A model generated the notes under the pieces. The model had not been told where the DNA came from and did no database searches. It saw nothing but the letters and a program-made list of their open reading frames with translations. Made by a program: the position numbers and the translations under genes. From contig CM082578.2 in NCBI GenBank assembly GCA_040954595.2, positions 15,546,998 through 15,610,997 on the forward strand: a stretch of 64,000 bases of DNA, given 5' to 3'. Source of the DNA: Balanoglossus misakiensis. Taxonomy: Eukaryota > Animalia > Hemichordata. This document shows, piece after piece, positions 13,597 to 26,535 of this stretch (position 1 is its first letter; each line of letters opens with the position of its first letter).

Positions 13597-16500
13597 ATGC
13601 TTCGGAAATGTAGGTTTATTTTCGCTCTCTTGCTCGTGTTTGCCGGCTTTCTGTACCTGAGTCCCGACGCTGAACCGCCGAGGAGGAGCGACAGCAAGTG
13701 GCCGTACGAAGGAAGACAACTGAGCAGCAAAGATTACTCTGCTGTCGTTGACTTGATAGATTACCCGGAGGTTGGTTTCACCACGGTGCAGTCAGAGACT
13801 GAGGTATGTAGCTCCCCATCATCCTCTATGCCGCAACCAACAGCCTGAATAGAATCCGCGTTACAAAGAACATATTGTCGCCCGTTTTCAATGTAATTGT
13901 TAACCATATTTCCTATATTAATCGGTCAATCAAAATTGACGCTATATACGTTTTATGCACCTTAAACTATGATATACCTCGTTTTTTTAACTAACAGCAT
14001 TCTATCACACACTAAATTTTATATCGCTCGTCATTTATTTTTTACGATCTTTGATTCTTTTCCAAATTAGAACTAGCCAGAATCCCGTGCGGGAACGAAA
14101 CTAATTTAAGCTAGAACATCACTCTATAGTTTGCGACTGTTTTCTCTGTTCCACAACCAGCAGACCGTTTTCTGTTTGCATTTTCCCTATACGTACGGCT
14201 GTGTCTCCCTGTAGTAATTGTTCAGTGATTAATGTTTTAATCGACACGTTTCATAATGGCGGGTATTTGCATACGTAATAATTAATACACGGCGCAGTGC
14301 ATTGAATAAAGTTATTTTAATTTGAAGATTATAGAAAATGGACATGATAAGTTACGAACAAAACAATTCTGAGAGCAGTGATGTTAATAAAAATTAACGG
14401 AGTGTTTGGATGTGCTTGAATGCATCAAAATCTGCGATGGGATAGCAAGACACTATCACTTTAACCACACATGCAATTACCACAAAATTATTCTTTGGGA
14501 TTTTTACTTAATCGGAAATTATGCAACAAAATCATATAGGATAGGAAAAATGCAATAGTGACTTCTGACTTCTGGTATATTACACGATGCGATGGTTAAA
14601 CATTAACAGATTAAGACCATTTTTATGAGCGTCAACAGGGTTGCCAGATAGATTCATGTGATATTACTACAATCGTGTAACCAAGTGAACCAGTTGTATC
14701 CACTCGCTGCAGCTGTCACGACAGTACCATTAACGCGGTCCAAAGCAATGAAAAGCGGAGCTGTAGCTTTTGTAAATAAAGACTTCGTTGTTCCTTTAAA
14801 AAACGTTTATTCGGTTAACAGATCGTTGAACCTGAGTTTAGCTTTTCATCAATGGTTACCTAATTACTGCCACAAATTTCACAAAAATATGAAAATCAGG
14901 AATGATTTTTCTTTCCTCCATTCGTCTCTTATTCACATCTGTAAAATCTTTGTATCCCCAAATAACTCTATGTAACGTCAATATCCTCAATAACAGCCTT
15001 GCGATTCAGGAGAAATTATATACTAGTATTGGGGCTGCTGTATTTCTGTGTCAGTCGGATGAGGTGAATTTAACTTATTTTAAATCCCGCTCGGTACCAG
15101 AGTAATCTGGTGACATATTGATTTTTTGCTTAATCTCAACAGCAGATATTAATCTTTCTGGAAGAGAATAGTTGGTCACAAACTTTGTGGCGAGATCACC
15201 CTAAAACATAACAAAATACACCAGAAGTGACCCCAACTGTGCGGAGATTAAATCCGGCAACACATTTTTGCTTTAGCTCAAACACAAAGATTTCAAGGTA
15301 TCCTAATAATTCAACTAGGAATTACCAATGTGTAACTGTAAAAGTCTCCTTTGTCAAGCGATATGATGTCTCTAGCGGCAAATTTTCATCTTAATTTTCA
15401 TCAGTACAATTCTTGTCTTTCAGTCAAACTGGGATGCACCTGACCCCGAGGCCGCCTCAATATTTGACAGCGCAGCTGGTCGACGATATTTCCTTCCCGT
15501 CTTCAGATTTGGCGGTGGACCCAATAACCAGTACAGAAGTTTTAAAATAGCGGTGCGTTTTGCGTTGCATTTTAACCGGACTCTCGTTCTCGGGCCATTT
15601 TTTAATCATCCATTGATCAACAAATGGGAGGCTAAAAACTTCAACCTGACGTTTGACACGCAAGTGTTGAGTAAACTGGTGAAAGTAGCTCCCCTGGAAG
15701 ACTTCTACAAAGATTGCAACGGAGTCATAGAGAAAATAGTCCACGGGAAACCGTTTATACACAAGCCCAAGGACTTCGAATATTATGTTGAAAAATTTAA
15801 AAGGACCAGGCGAAGGTTCACCCACGCAACAGGAATCAAATTCCCAGGCTTGGGAAGCATACCTCACAGCACACTAGGAAGTGCTCAGAGATTTCAGAAC
15901 GCCACAGCCAGTGACTGTCTAGCATTTTACTGTCCCTACACCATTGACTATGAATTCATGAATCTGACGTCACCAGTCAGCACCGAAGAGTACTACAAGA
16001 CAGGCAAACTTATCGACGAGCATGTGGTGAGGGCACCCTACGTTCGCCAAATTGCCAACATCTTCGAGCCGGCGATTTGTGACGGGCGTCCCTACGCAGC
16101 GCTTCATTGGCGGGTCAACGATGAGTTCATGCAAATGTGGTGAGTAAATTTAAATATACTTGTATACGATTGCGACAACACGCCTACTATTTATCTATCT
16201 AACTATCTACATACCAACTTATAACTCACCAATGAAATCATCTCTATGCATTACCATGATACCAAGGCAGTCACGCAAGTGGACTAATAGAATGCAACAG
16301 TAAAAAGCCTAACAAAACTAGGAAGATATCGCACCTGGAATCAAGAGCGCATAGAATGACATAACTATCAAAAGAAACCAAAGAAAGAATGGCGAATATT
16401 AGAGGCTGTGATCCTTTTAACGAACCGTTTAGGCCCGGAGTTTCAGTTAAAAAAAATATATCGTTCAGACAAAATACATCCAGCCTCGCGATTTTAAATT

Positions 16501-18345
16501 GTGGCAGCGTAATGGTCTCGGTTGGGGGGGACATGTTCAAATTGGAATTGTGCCACTTGCACGTAATTTTCCTCTTTTATGTGATGAAACATATGTTGCA
16601 GATAAAGATTAGAGAGCGTTGTAAATATATGTTATGACCTAAATATTTCAGCTTGAAAATGGTTCTATTTTATTGACAACGACGCCGCTACACGAGCGAA
16701 TCAACAGTAACCCTCTTGAAAGTTCATATATCATATCGGATTTTCCATGAAATCACGACATAATAGTTAAAGCATAGCTGACTTGACGTCATAGGATCAC
16801 AGATTGGCAAATATGTGTTCTCAAGAATGAGAACAAACAGTGGAGGAATTTGGCGAACAAGCCCCGCCAAATATGGCAACGGCAAAATAAGAATACGATG
16901 ACGTGATTGGACGGCTACGTGGTCACACGTGTTATTAAGCATTCCGGGAAACCACATGTACAACAAATGGGGTGTTAAACCAATTGTTTTCATTCTTTCG
17001 TTTCAGGTGTGACGTCCTTAAAAGCGCCGAATGTAAACTTTTTCGGCAGCTGAATGAAACCGGCGAATTTATAGCTCTGCAGATCAAAATGGCAATGAAG
17101 GGCGTCAACTTGAATTGTGTTTACATTGCAAGACCACCGGGATCATGGGTAATTCATAAATTTGTATAATTACATGGAATAGTTGAGGGGAAGAATTCGT
17201 CGTTTCTATAGACCATAGTTTAATAGTCTAACTAAATGTTGGCGAAAGTCTGCTACAGATATTGGTCTCACTGTACCGAGAGATCTTCAGTCAATTATAC
17301 ACCGAATTACATAATTCTTGCATATCGCTGTAATTACGGATAGATGTGTATTATACGGAAACAAAATGTGTCGTCACTGTGAAGTTTCATATCTACATAC
17401 TGTGAATCGACTACATATTAAATTACAAACACGAGGCACATTCAGTTTAAATCTGGTAATGCGTTCGTTTTAATTCCATTCTGTCAAACGATGTTCCAAT
17501 CGAAACTGAGAGTCACATTTCAACTATCTTATTCGTCTTCCACTTGTAAAGTAAACAAATGTTGCCTTTTCATTGGCTACAAATGTTACCGGTTCAAACT
17601 ATTAACCGTGCAGTAAGCTTATGCAGATCCAATTATAAGCCGATTTGGCATATCGCTGGACTGATGAAATATTTTTAGCCTCACTCCGACCGATGGTGCC
17701 AAGGCCAGCAAAGTGCAAAGTGTAACTCTGGCAAAAGAAGACCACAATCAATTATGTACTTTCGTAAACTAATTCTTGAATTGTGAGGATATCATCTTGT
17801 AGTGAAACTCGCGGGAGACTCTCCTTCCCAGCCCGGTTGAGTGCGCCATTGCAGATTGCTATTGTATTAGGAATATATACACATAACATCCTAAACACAC
17901 GCTATTACCTTTTCCTACAGGATCTGGTTACCCACCTGAATAACGCGGGTTTAAATGTCTTCACTGCAGACGATGTACTTACAAAGGTTGGAAAAGGTTC
18001 AGGCGCCCTCTATGAGGACAACTACATCCTTTCATTGGTGGAACAGGAATTAGCGTCTCGTTAGTATTACAGCTTGAATTACTTTTTACCAGATTTATAT
18101 AATACAATTAGAAATGGTACAGACGATTGGGCATTCAAGTTCTCATATTTTTTATTTGATGTTTATTTAATGGGGTTTTAATTATGTTTTCATTCCGTGA
18201 TCTTCATGCAGGGTCCGCATTATTCATCGGCAGTAGCGGGTCGTCATGGACCTGTTTCGTCAGACGAGAACGGCAACTATCCCAGGAGAAAGACTCGAGA
18301 TTTATTAGTGAAATTCTCGGATTTACCGACACAACGTGCTCGTAG
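13597..18345 (+). CDS. O-fucosyltransferase-family (GT-B fold, POFUT-like) type II membrane glycosyltransferase, 5 coding exons
   Basis: Exons 13597-13803, 15424-16139, 17007-17148, 17921-18059 and 18212-18345 are all GT-AG and phase-consistent. The N-terminus MLRKCRFIFALLLVFAGFLYL is a short basic tail plus signal-anchor. Family motifs: GGGPNNQ...FNRTLVLGPF, ALHWR, VYIA and SLVEQELASRSALFIGSSGSSWT (GDP-fucose-binding region of the O-FucT family). Confidence 0.8.
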
Positions 18346-19748
18346 AGTTTCACATGTGATGAACACGTGTGGGGATGTGCTGTCCTGGAACAACCTAAGC
18401 ATATACATGTAATCACAAACGACATCACGGTCTCTCTCCATACGCACATGTTCTGATCGGTTTACGCTTGTCTGCATTCGTCTTCAGAATCGTCACAGAG
18501 ATGACGTCATCTTTTTTTGTTCCAGACAATACTACTTCAGGATTGATCGAATCATAGCTCCTGGGCTATAGTCTCTAGTCTACTGTATGTGTCTACAAGG
18601 ACTTCATTTGAAAGCGGCGAAAACAGTACATTGGGCTTTAATGAGTGATCTGTATTTTTTTTTACGGATTGAAAACAGAAATCGCCCATTATTGGTCACA
18701 CACACGCAGAACTATGTACGGCTTTGGGGAAAAAGGAACAGAATTGCTGTTGATGTACATATATTTCGAAGATTTTAACGACGAGTAAAGTTTAAATGTA
18801 TCTCTCATATATTTTTAAATACCATTGCATATGGGCTGTGGGCTAATATTTTTCATTTTCGTGTAAGTCTTTGTGTTAGATGCACCAATGTGGTTTCAAA
18901 CGGTAATTCATGGCAGAAAACAAGACCAATAAAATTTGTGATGTGGACACCGTGTGCATTTTCAAATTGTTTCATAGCCAAAATGGCACTTTAATAAGCG
19001 CGGGTATTTTATACTTTAAGGTCAGAAAATTTAGCGCCAATTCGCTTTCTGATATCAAATCAGTAGCCGTACTTTAGAACTGAATGATCATTCTGACGTG
19101 TTTGGCCTAAAATGTGCAGAATTTTATACAGATATTCTCCGACTTTATAATATACTATTAGTCAGCACTGGCGACTAAACGTTACCCTTTTCGCCTTGAC
19201 CTTGCAGTAGACACGTAGCATAGATTAATGATCGAGTCCTTGGATCAATTCTGCAAGGCATGTTCATGAATCATCAAGTGTCTTATATTTTACGGATCGC
19301 TCAACTGTGAATCTTTCACAGTTTATATTATAGGTCTTCTGTTGGTCTGTTAATGGTTGAAATGTAGATATTAGAAGGTCTTCCGTCGTACACTTTATTC
19401 TGTTGCTAAGGGAAACGTATAAATCGGAGAAATTAATAGCTTGTGAGCGATTGTTCTGTGATTTGTTTTGGTGATGGATTGTCTTCACGCTTGCGCGCTG
19501 CTAATGATGAAAATAACTCACTGTCATGCTTCTGTTGAAACAACAACTGTACTCAAAGTCAGAGCAGAATTGTGGGCTAATTATGTAAAAATGTCTCTTC
19601 AGTGTTGCCACAAACCTTTCTCCTACAATTTAAACTGCTCACTTGGTGACGTACGTTGAATGCGTGAGTATACATGTGTATACCTTCGTACTGACAAGAC
19701 TTTCATCGTTCATGATCTTGCATTTTCCGCTCAGAAACAAAAAACAAC

Positions 19749-20810
19749 ATGGCTATGCAGGATTACACAGACACGGCTACCAACTTCACCAACAGTTCGG
19801 CTGTGCAACTGATGGCGCCGTTTCATCCATTCTCCTTAAGATGGGTCCAGGCTGTCCAGATAATCTTCGCGGCGATCGGTGTCGTTGGCAACACTCTGAT
19901 TTTCCTCATATTCGTAGGCGTGAGAAAGATGCGCACTGTGACGAACTACTTCCTTGTGAGTTTGGCCGTCGCTGATTTCATCGGCTCGTTACTCATTCTG
20001 CCGTTGCCGCTGCCAACCTACATCTCTGATGGTCCTTTCGCGGAGTTTTACTGCGACGTGATCTGGTCCAGGATGCTGTTCTGGGTCACAATAAAAGCCT
20101 CTGTGTTCAACCTTGTGGCCGTGACAACCGAGCGCTACCTGGCGATTGCGCACCCCTTCCTACACCAGATTCACTTCACGAAACGGAGAGCCAAGTTCAT
20201 CATCGTCACGGTGTGGACTTGTGCCTTCGTCTTCAACACTTTCGTATTCTACACCAACCGTCACAACGTTGACCACTGCGAGCTCTGCTGGTCTCAGGTG
20301 AACCACGTGGTCCGCTCTGTGCTGGGAATACTAATCTTTTCCTTTTCCTTCTTCATCCCGGTGCTGGTGATGATCGTCGCCTACGTGCGCATCTTCCTGA
20401 CTCTGAAGCGCCAGTTTAAAGCCCTGAACAACGAACCTTCACTCAATCAAGATAAAAAGTTTCAACACCTGCTTCGCGCCAGAGAAAACGTCACAAAGAC
20501 CCTCTTCACAGTAGTGATCACCTTCACCGTATGCTGGGCGCCCGACCAATTTCTGTATCTGGCGTACAACCTGGGCGTGCCGTTTGACTATCTAAGCAGT
20601 CGTCTCCACGATTTCCTTGTCATGCTCGCCTACTGCAACTCATGCTTAAATCCAGTCATCTATGCTTTCAAGAGCCGACAGTTTCGAAGGGGTTTCCACG
20701 TACTGTTCATCAGGAAGAATACGGTTGCAACAGGCAACCAAACAACTGGTTCTTTATGGGCCACTGCGGCAAATCTGACAGCCCACGGCAGCAACGACAA
20801 TGCTCGTTGA
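19749..20810 (+). CDS. Rhodopsin-like (class A) GPCR, peptide-receptor type (galanin/allatostatin-A/somatostatin receptor-like), intronless CDS, 353 aa
   Basis: Seven hydrophobic segments. N-terminal N-glycosylation sites (NFT, NSS), TM1 GN, TVTNYFLVSLAVAD, TM3 ERY, TM4 W, TM5 FFIP, TM6 CWAP, TM7 NSCLNPVIY and helix-8 FRRGF. A splice acceptor (ttttccgctcag, ends 19734) just upstream suggests a 5'-UTR intron. The ligand cannot be determined. Confidence 0.93.
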   Translation: MAMQDYTDTATNFTNSSAVQLMAPFHPFSLRWVQAVQIIFAAIGVVGNTLIFLIFVGVRKMRTVTNYFLVSLAVADFIGSLLILPLPLPTYISDGPFAEFYCDVIWSRMLFWVTIKASVFNLVAVTTERYLAIAHPFLHQIHFTKRRAKFIIVTVWTCAFVFNTFVFYTNRHNVDHCELCWSQVNHVVRSVLGILIFSFSFFIPVLVMIVAYVRIFLTLKRQFKALNNEPSLNQDKKFQHLLRARENVTKTLFTVVITFTVCWAPDQFLYLAYNLGVPFDYLSSRLHDFLVMLAYCNSCLNPVIYAFKSRQFRRGFHVLFIRKNTVATGNQTTGSLWATAANLTAHGSNDNAR

Positions 20811-21952
20811 GAACATCCAAGACAAGATTATCATGAAACTCTATATTCATCGAAGTAGCTTAATACCTAGTCGTAGACTTTTAGTTTTGGTGACATGTGG
20901 GCACTATTTAAAAAACCCTGCTATTTCAAATATACGTTGTTTTCTAAACAACATTTATGATTGAATGTATTTCGAATACGAAGGAGAAAAATGGAGATGA
21001 AATGAACGGCAAAATATGAGAATCTCGAATGTTTTATGTTACACTGCTAGTTCGACATATCTTATCATATTCATGACTTTATTAAAAGTAGAAGACTTCA
21101 GTGTTTCAAAGTACGAAGTACTGTTGATAATATGCTGTAGAAAAGATATATAGAAAGCTTCTCAGTTGGCACAGATACTGCGCCAGACACTGCATCTTTC
21201 TACACGACATTATCCTGTCAGACTTCGTTACAATAATTTACGGAAACGTGACGCCATTCTCTGTTGGTGTTTTGAGCGAAATAGATATCTTCAAAATAAT
21301 GTCCGACCACACACTGAGAGTCTCACAAGACCAATTATTCATTCGGTTTCGTAATCGGAATCAACAGTTTATCTTGCAAGACAACCAGAAGTGATTTTTG
21401 TACCCGGTGTATTAGCACTATGAGGCGAACTCTTATTTGCACCGCTGCGGTTCAAATAAGAGTTCGCACCGCTGCGGTGAAAATAAGATCATTGGAGTTA
21501 TGCTGCAATATAGTGCGGAAAATTTCCGACTTTTTCGAGTACACATCGTGATGGCGAAGGGTTCAGGAAGGCTAGCCTTTAACCTGAAAGTGTCAACTGA
21601 TGTTGGTTCGAGACCACTTTTTTTTCTATTTCTTTTTTTTTGTGAGAACTTTTAACGAAATTACTATTGTAATTTTTATCATTTTCATAAATCCCATTCA
21701 TTTCAATGTCTACGCTGCGTTTTTTATCTGTCGGGTATAAGAAACATGCAGGGAAACTTGGTCATTTTTTTTTGTCGCGGTTCACTTGGGCAAGTCTGAA
21801 TCAGCAGAGAGAAAGATAAACTCGCTAAAATCGTGTCTTTCCGTCCGCATGATCAACCAAGGAGCGAAAAAGTCGTTATTTAGGCCGTAATAAAATGTTT
21901 TTGTCGCCGAGGAGTGAATAAAGAACGGTCAGATCGTTGCGGTGCAGAGAAC

Positions 21953-22037
21953 TCTTATTTGCACCGCAGCGGAGCGAACTCTTATTTGCACCGCTGCGGT
22001 GCAAATAAGAGTTCGCACCGCTGCGGTGCAAATAAGA
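21953..22037. repeat. 85-bp near-perfect palindrome (42-bp arms, one mismatch, 1-nt centre), present in each full 543-bp unit (copy 2 shown)
   Basis: tcttatttgcaccgcagcggagcgaactcttatttgcaccgc-T(21995)-gcggtgcaaataagagttcgcaccgctgcggtgcaaataaga. Confidence 0.93.
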
Positions 22038-22091
22038 TCATTGGAGTTATGCTGCAATATAGTGCGGAAAATTTCCGACTTTCGAGTACAC

Positions 22092-22171
22092 AGCGTGATG
22101 GCGAAGGGTTCAGGAAGGCTAGCCTTTAACCTGAAAGTGTCAACTGATGTTGGTTCGAGACCACTTTTTTT
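22092..22171 (+). ncRNA. Putative tRNA-derived Pol III transcription unit (SINE-head-like small RNA), one per 543-bp repeat (copy 2 shown)
   Basis: A-box-like TGGCGAAG(G/T)G at 22099. B box GGTTCGAGACC at 22152-22162, set in a TGG-TTCGAGA-CCA T-arm-like hairpin. Internal hairpin TTCAGG-AAGGCTAGCCTT-TAA-CCTGAA. T7 run at 22165-22171. TATA-like AATATAG ~30-36 nt upstream. Other copies start at 21545, 22635, 23178, 23721, 24264, 24809, 25353 and 25897; the copy at 26509 is truncated. There is no 3' acceptor strand, so it is not a functional tRNA. Transcription is not demonstrated. Confidence 0.5.
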
Positions 22172-25100
22172 CTATTTCTTTTTTTTGTGAGAACTTTTAA
22201 CGACATTACTATTGTAATTTTTATCATTTTCATAAATTCCATTCATTTCAATATCTACGCTGCGTTTTTTATCTGTCGGGTATAAGAAACATGCAGGGAA
22301 ACTTCGTCATTTTTTTGTCGCGGTTCACTTGGGCAAGTCTGAATCAGCAGAGAGAAAGATAAACTCGCTAAAATCGTGTCTTTCCGTCCGCATGATCAAC
22401 CAAGGAGCGAAAAAGTCGTTATTTAGGCCGTAATAAAATGTTTTTGTCGCCGAGGAGTGAATAAAGAACGGTCAGATCGTTGCGGTGCAGAGAACTCTTA
22501 TTTGCACCGCAGCGGAGCGAACTCTTATTTGCACCGCTGCGGTGCAAATAAGAGTTCGCACCGCTGCGGTGCAAATAAGATCATTGGAGTTATGCTGCAA
22601 TATAGTGCGGAAAATTTCCGACTTTCGAGTACACAGCGTGATGGCGAAGGGTTCAGGAAGGCTAGCCTTTAACCTGAAAGTGTCAACTGATGTTGGTTCG
22701 AGACCACTTTTTTTCTATTTCTTTTTTTTGTGAGAACTTTTAACGACATTACTATTGTAATTTTTATCATTTTCATAAATTCCATTCATTTCAATATCTA
22801 CGCTGCGTTTTTTATCTGTCGGGTATAAGAAACATGCAGGGAAACTTCGTCATTTTTTTGTCGCGGTTCACTTGGGCAAGTCTGAATCAGCAGAGAGAAA
22901 GATAAACTCGCTAAAATCGTGTCTTTCCGTCCGCATGATCAACCAAGGAGCGAAAAAGTCGTTATTTAGGCCGTAATAAAATGTTTTTGTCGCCGAGGAG
23001 TGAATAAAGAACGGTCAGATCGTTGCGGTGCAGAGAACTCTTATTTGCACCGCAGCGGAGCGAACTCTTATTTGCACCGCTGCGGTGCAAATAAGAGTTC
23101 GCACCGCTGCGGTGCAAATAAGATCATTGGAGTTATGCTGCAATATAGTGCGGAAAATTTCCGACTTTCGAGTACACAGCGTGATGGCGAAGGGTTCAGG
23201 AAGGCTAGCCTTTAACCTGAAAGTGTCAACTGATGTTGGTTCGAGACCACTTTTTTTCTATTTCTTTTTTTTGTGAGAACTTTTAACGACATTACTATTG
23301 TAATTTTTATCATTTTCATAAATTCCATTCATTTCAATATCTACGCTGCGTTTTTTATCTGTCGGGTATAAGAAACATGCAGGGAAACTTCGTCATTTTT
23401 TTGTCGCGGTTCACTTGGGCAAGTCTGAATCAGCAGAGAGAAAGATAAACTCGCTAAAATCGTGTCTTTCCGTCCGCATGATCAACCAAGGAGCGAAAAA
23501 GTCGTTATTTAGGCCGTAATAAAATGTTTTTGTCGCCGAGGAGTGAATAAAGAACGGTCAGATCGTTGCGGTGCAGAGAACTCTTATTTGCACCGCAGCG
23601 GAGCGAACTCTTATTTGCACCGCTGCGGTGCAAATAAGAGTTCGCACCGCTGCGGTGCAAATAAGATCATTGGAGTTATGCTGCAATATAGTGCGGAAAA
23701 TTTCCGACTTTCGAGTACACAGCGTGATGGCGAAGGGTTCAGGAAGACTAGCCTTTAACCTGAAAGTGTCAACTGATGTTGGTTCGAGACCACTTTTTTT
23801 CTATTTCTTTTTTTTGTGAGAACTTTTAACGACATTACTATTGTAATTTTTATCATTTTCATAAATTCCATTCATTTCAATATCTACGCTGCGTTTTTTA
23901 TCTGTCGGGTATAAGAAACATGCAGGGAAACTTCGTCATTTTTTTGTCGCGGTTCACTTGGGCAAGTCTGAATCAGCAGAGAGAAAGATAAACTCGCTAA
24001 AATTGTGTCTTTCCGTCCGCATGATCAACCAAGGAGCGAAAAAGTCGTTATTTAGGCCGTAATAAAATGTTTTTGTCGCCGAGGAGTGAATAAAGAACGG
24101 TCAGATCGTTGCGGTGCAGGGAACTCTTATTTGCACCGCAGCGGAGCGAACTCTTATTTGCACCGCTGCGGTGCAAATAAGAGTTCGCACCGCTGCGGTG
24201 CAAATAAGATCATTGGAGTTATGCTGCAATATAGTGCGGAAAATTTCCGACATTCGAGTACACAGCGTGATGGCGAAGTGTTCAGGAAGGCTAGCCTTTC
24301 ACCTGAAAGTGTCAACTGATGTTGGTTCGAGACCACTTTTTTTCTATTTCTTTTTTTTTTGTGAGAACTTTTAACGACATTACTATTGTAATTTTTATCA
24401 TTTTCATAAATTCCATTCATTTCAATATCTACGCTGCGTTTTTTATCTGTCGGGTATAAGAAACATGCAGGGAAACTTGGTCATTTTTTTGTCGCGGTTC
24501 ACTTGGGCAAGTCTGAATCAGCAGAGAGAAAGATAAACTCGCTAAAATTGTGTCTTTCCGTCCGCATGATCAACCAAGGAGCGAAAAAGTCGTTATTTAG
24601 GCCGTAATAAAATGTTTTTGTCGCCGAGGAGTGAATAAAGAACGGTCAGATCGTTGCGGTGCAGGGAACTCTTATTTGCACCGCAGCGGAGCGAACTCTT
24701 ATTTGCACCGCTGCGGTGCAAAAAAGAGTTTGCACCGCTGCGGTGCAAATAAGATCATTGGAGTTATGCTGCAATATAGTGCGGAAAATTTCCGACTTTC
24801 GAGTACACAGCGTGATGGCGAAGTGTTCAGGAAGGCTAGCCTTTAACCTGAAAGTGTCAACTGATGTTGGTTCGAGACCACTTTTTTCTATTTCTTTTTT
24901 TTTTGTGAGAACTTTTAACGACATTACTATTGTAATTTTTATCATTTTCATAAATCCCATTCATTTCAATATCTACGCTGCGTTTTTTATCTGTCGGGTA
25001 TAAGAAACATGCAGGGAAACTTGGTCATTTTTTTGTCGCGGTTCACTTGGGCAAGTCTGAATCAGCAGAGAGAAAGATAAACTCGCTAAAATTGTGTCTT

Positions 25101-26535
25101 TCCGTCCGCATGATCAACCAAGGAGCGAAAAAGTCGTTATTTAGGCCGTAATAAAATGTTTTTGTCGCCGAGGAGTGAATAAAGAACGGTCAGATCGTTG
25201 CGGTGCAGGGAACTCTTATTTGCACCGCAGCGGAGCGAACTCTTATTTGCACCGCTGCGGTGCAAATAAGAGTTTGCACCGCTGCGGTGCAAATAAGATC
25301 ATTGGAGTTATGCTGCAATATAGTGCGGAAAATTTCCGACTTTCGAGTACACAGCGTGATGGCGAAGTGTTCAGGAAGGCTAGCCTTTAACCTGAAAGTG
25401 TCAACTGATGTTGGTTCGAGACCACTTTTTTTCTATTTCTTTTTTTTTGTGAGAACTTTTAACGACATTACTATTGTAATTTTTATCATTTTCATAAATT
25501 CCATTCATTTCAATATCTACGCTGCGTTTTTTATCTGTCGGGTATAAGAAACATGCAGGGAAACTTGGTCATTTTTTTGTCGCGGTTCACTTGGGCAAGT
25601 CTGAATCAGCAGAGAGAAAGATAAACTCGCTAAAATTGTGTCTTTCCGTCCGCATGATCAACCAAGGAGCGAAAAAGTCGTTATTTAGGCCGTAATAAAA
25701 TGTTTTTGTCGCCGAGGAGTGAATAAAGAACGGTCAGATCGTTGCGGTGCAGGGAACTCTTATTTGCACCGCAGCGGAGCGAACTCTTATTTGCACCGCT
25801 GCGGTGCAAATAAGAGTTCGCACCGCTGCGGTGCAAATAAGATCATTGGAGTTATGCTGCAATATAGTGCGGAAAATTTCCGACTTTCGAGTACACAGCG
25901 TGATGGCGAAGGGTTCAGGAAGGCTAGCCTTTAACCTGAAAGTGTCAACTGATGTTGGTTCGAGACCACTTTTTTTTCTATTTCTTTTTTTTTTGTGAGA
26001 ACTTTTAACGACATTACTATTGTAATTTTTATCATTTTCATAAATTCCATTCATTTCAATATCTACGCTGCGTTTTTTATCTGTCGGGTATAAGAAACAT
26101 GCAGGGAAACTTGGTCATTTTTTTGTCGCGGTTCACTTGGGCAAGTCTGAATCAGCAGAGAGAAAGATACCCCGCTAAAATTGTGTCTTTCCGTCCGCAT
26201 GATCAACCAAGGAGCGAAAAAGTCGTTATTTAGGCCGTAATAAAATGTTTTTGTCGCCGAGGAGTGAATAAAGAACGGTCAGATCGTTGCGGTGCAGGGA
26301 ACTCTTATTTGCACCGCAGCGGAGCGAACTCTTATTTGCACCGCTGCGGTGCAAATAAGAGTTTGCACCGCTGCGGTGCAAATAAGATCATTGGAGTTAT
26401 GCTGCAATATAGTGCGGAAAAATAAGAGTTCGCACCGCTGCGGTGCAAATAAGATCTTTGGAGTTATGCTGCAATATAGTGCGGAAATTTTCCGACTTTC
26501 GAGTACACAGCGTGATGGCGAAGGGTTCAGGAAGG

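Noticed and set aside
15143-15297. Possible extra exon of the fucosyltransferase-like gene (acceptor-like aacagcag, donor-like aag|gta)
   Set aside because: There are stop codons in all three frames, and the flanking exons already join in frame.
22092-22171. Functional tRNA gene
   Set aside because: The A/B boxes and T-loop are present, but there is no 3' acceptor-stem strand and no canonical anticodon arm. It is kept only as a tRNA-like Pol III cassette.
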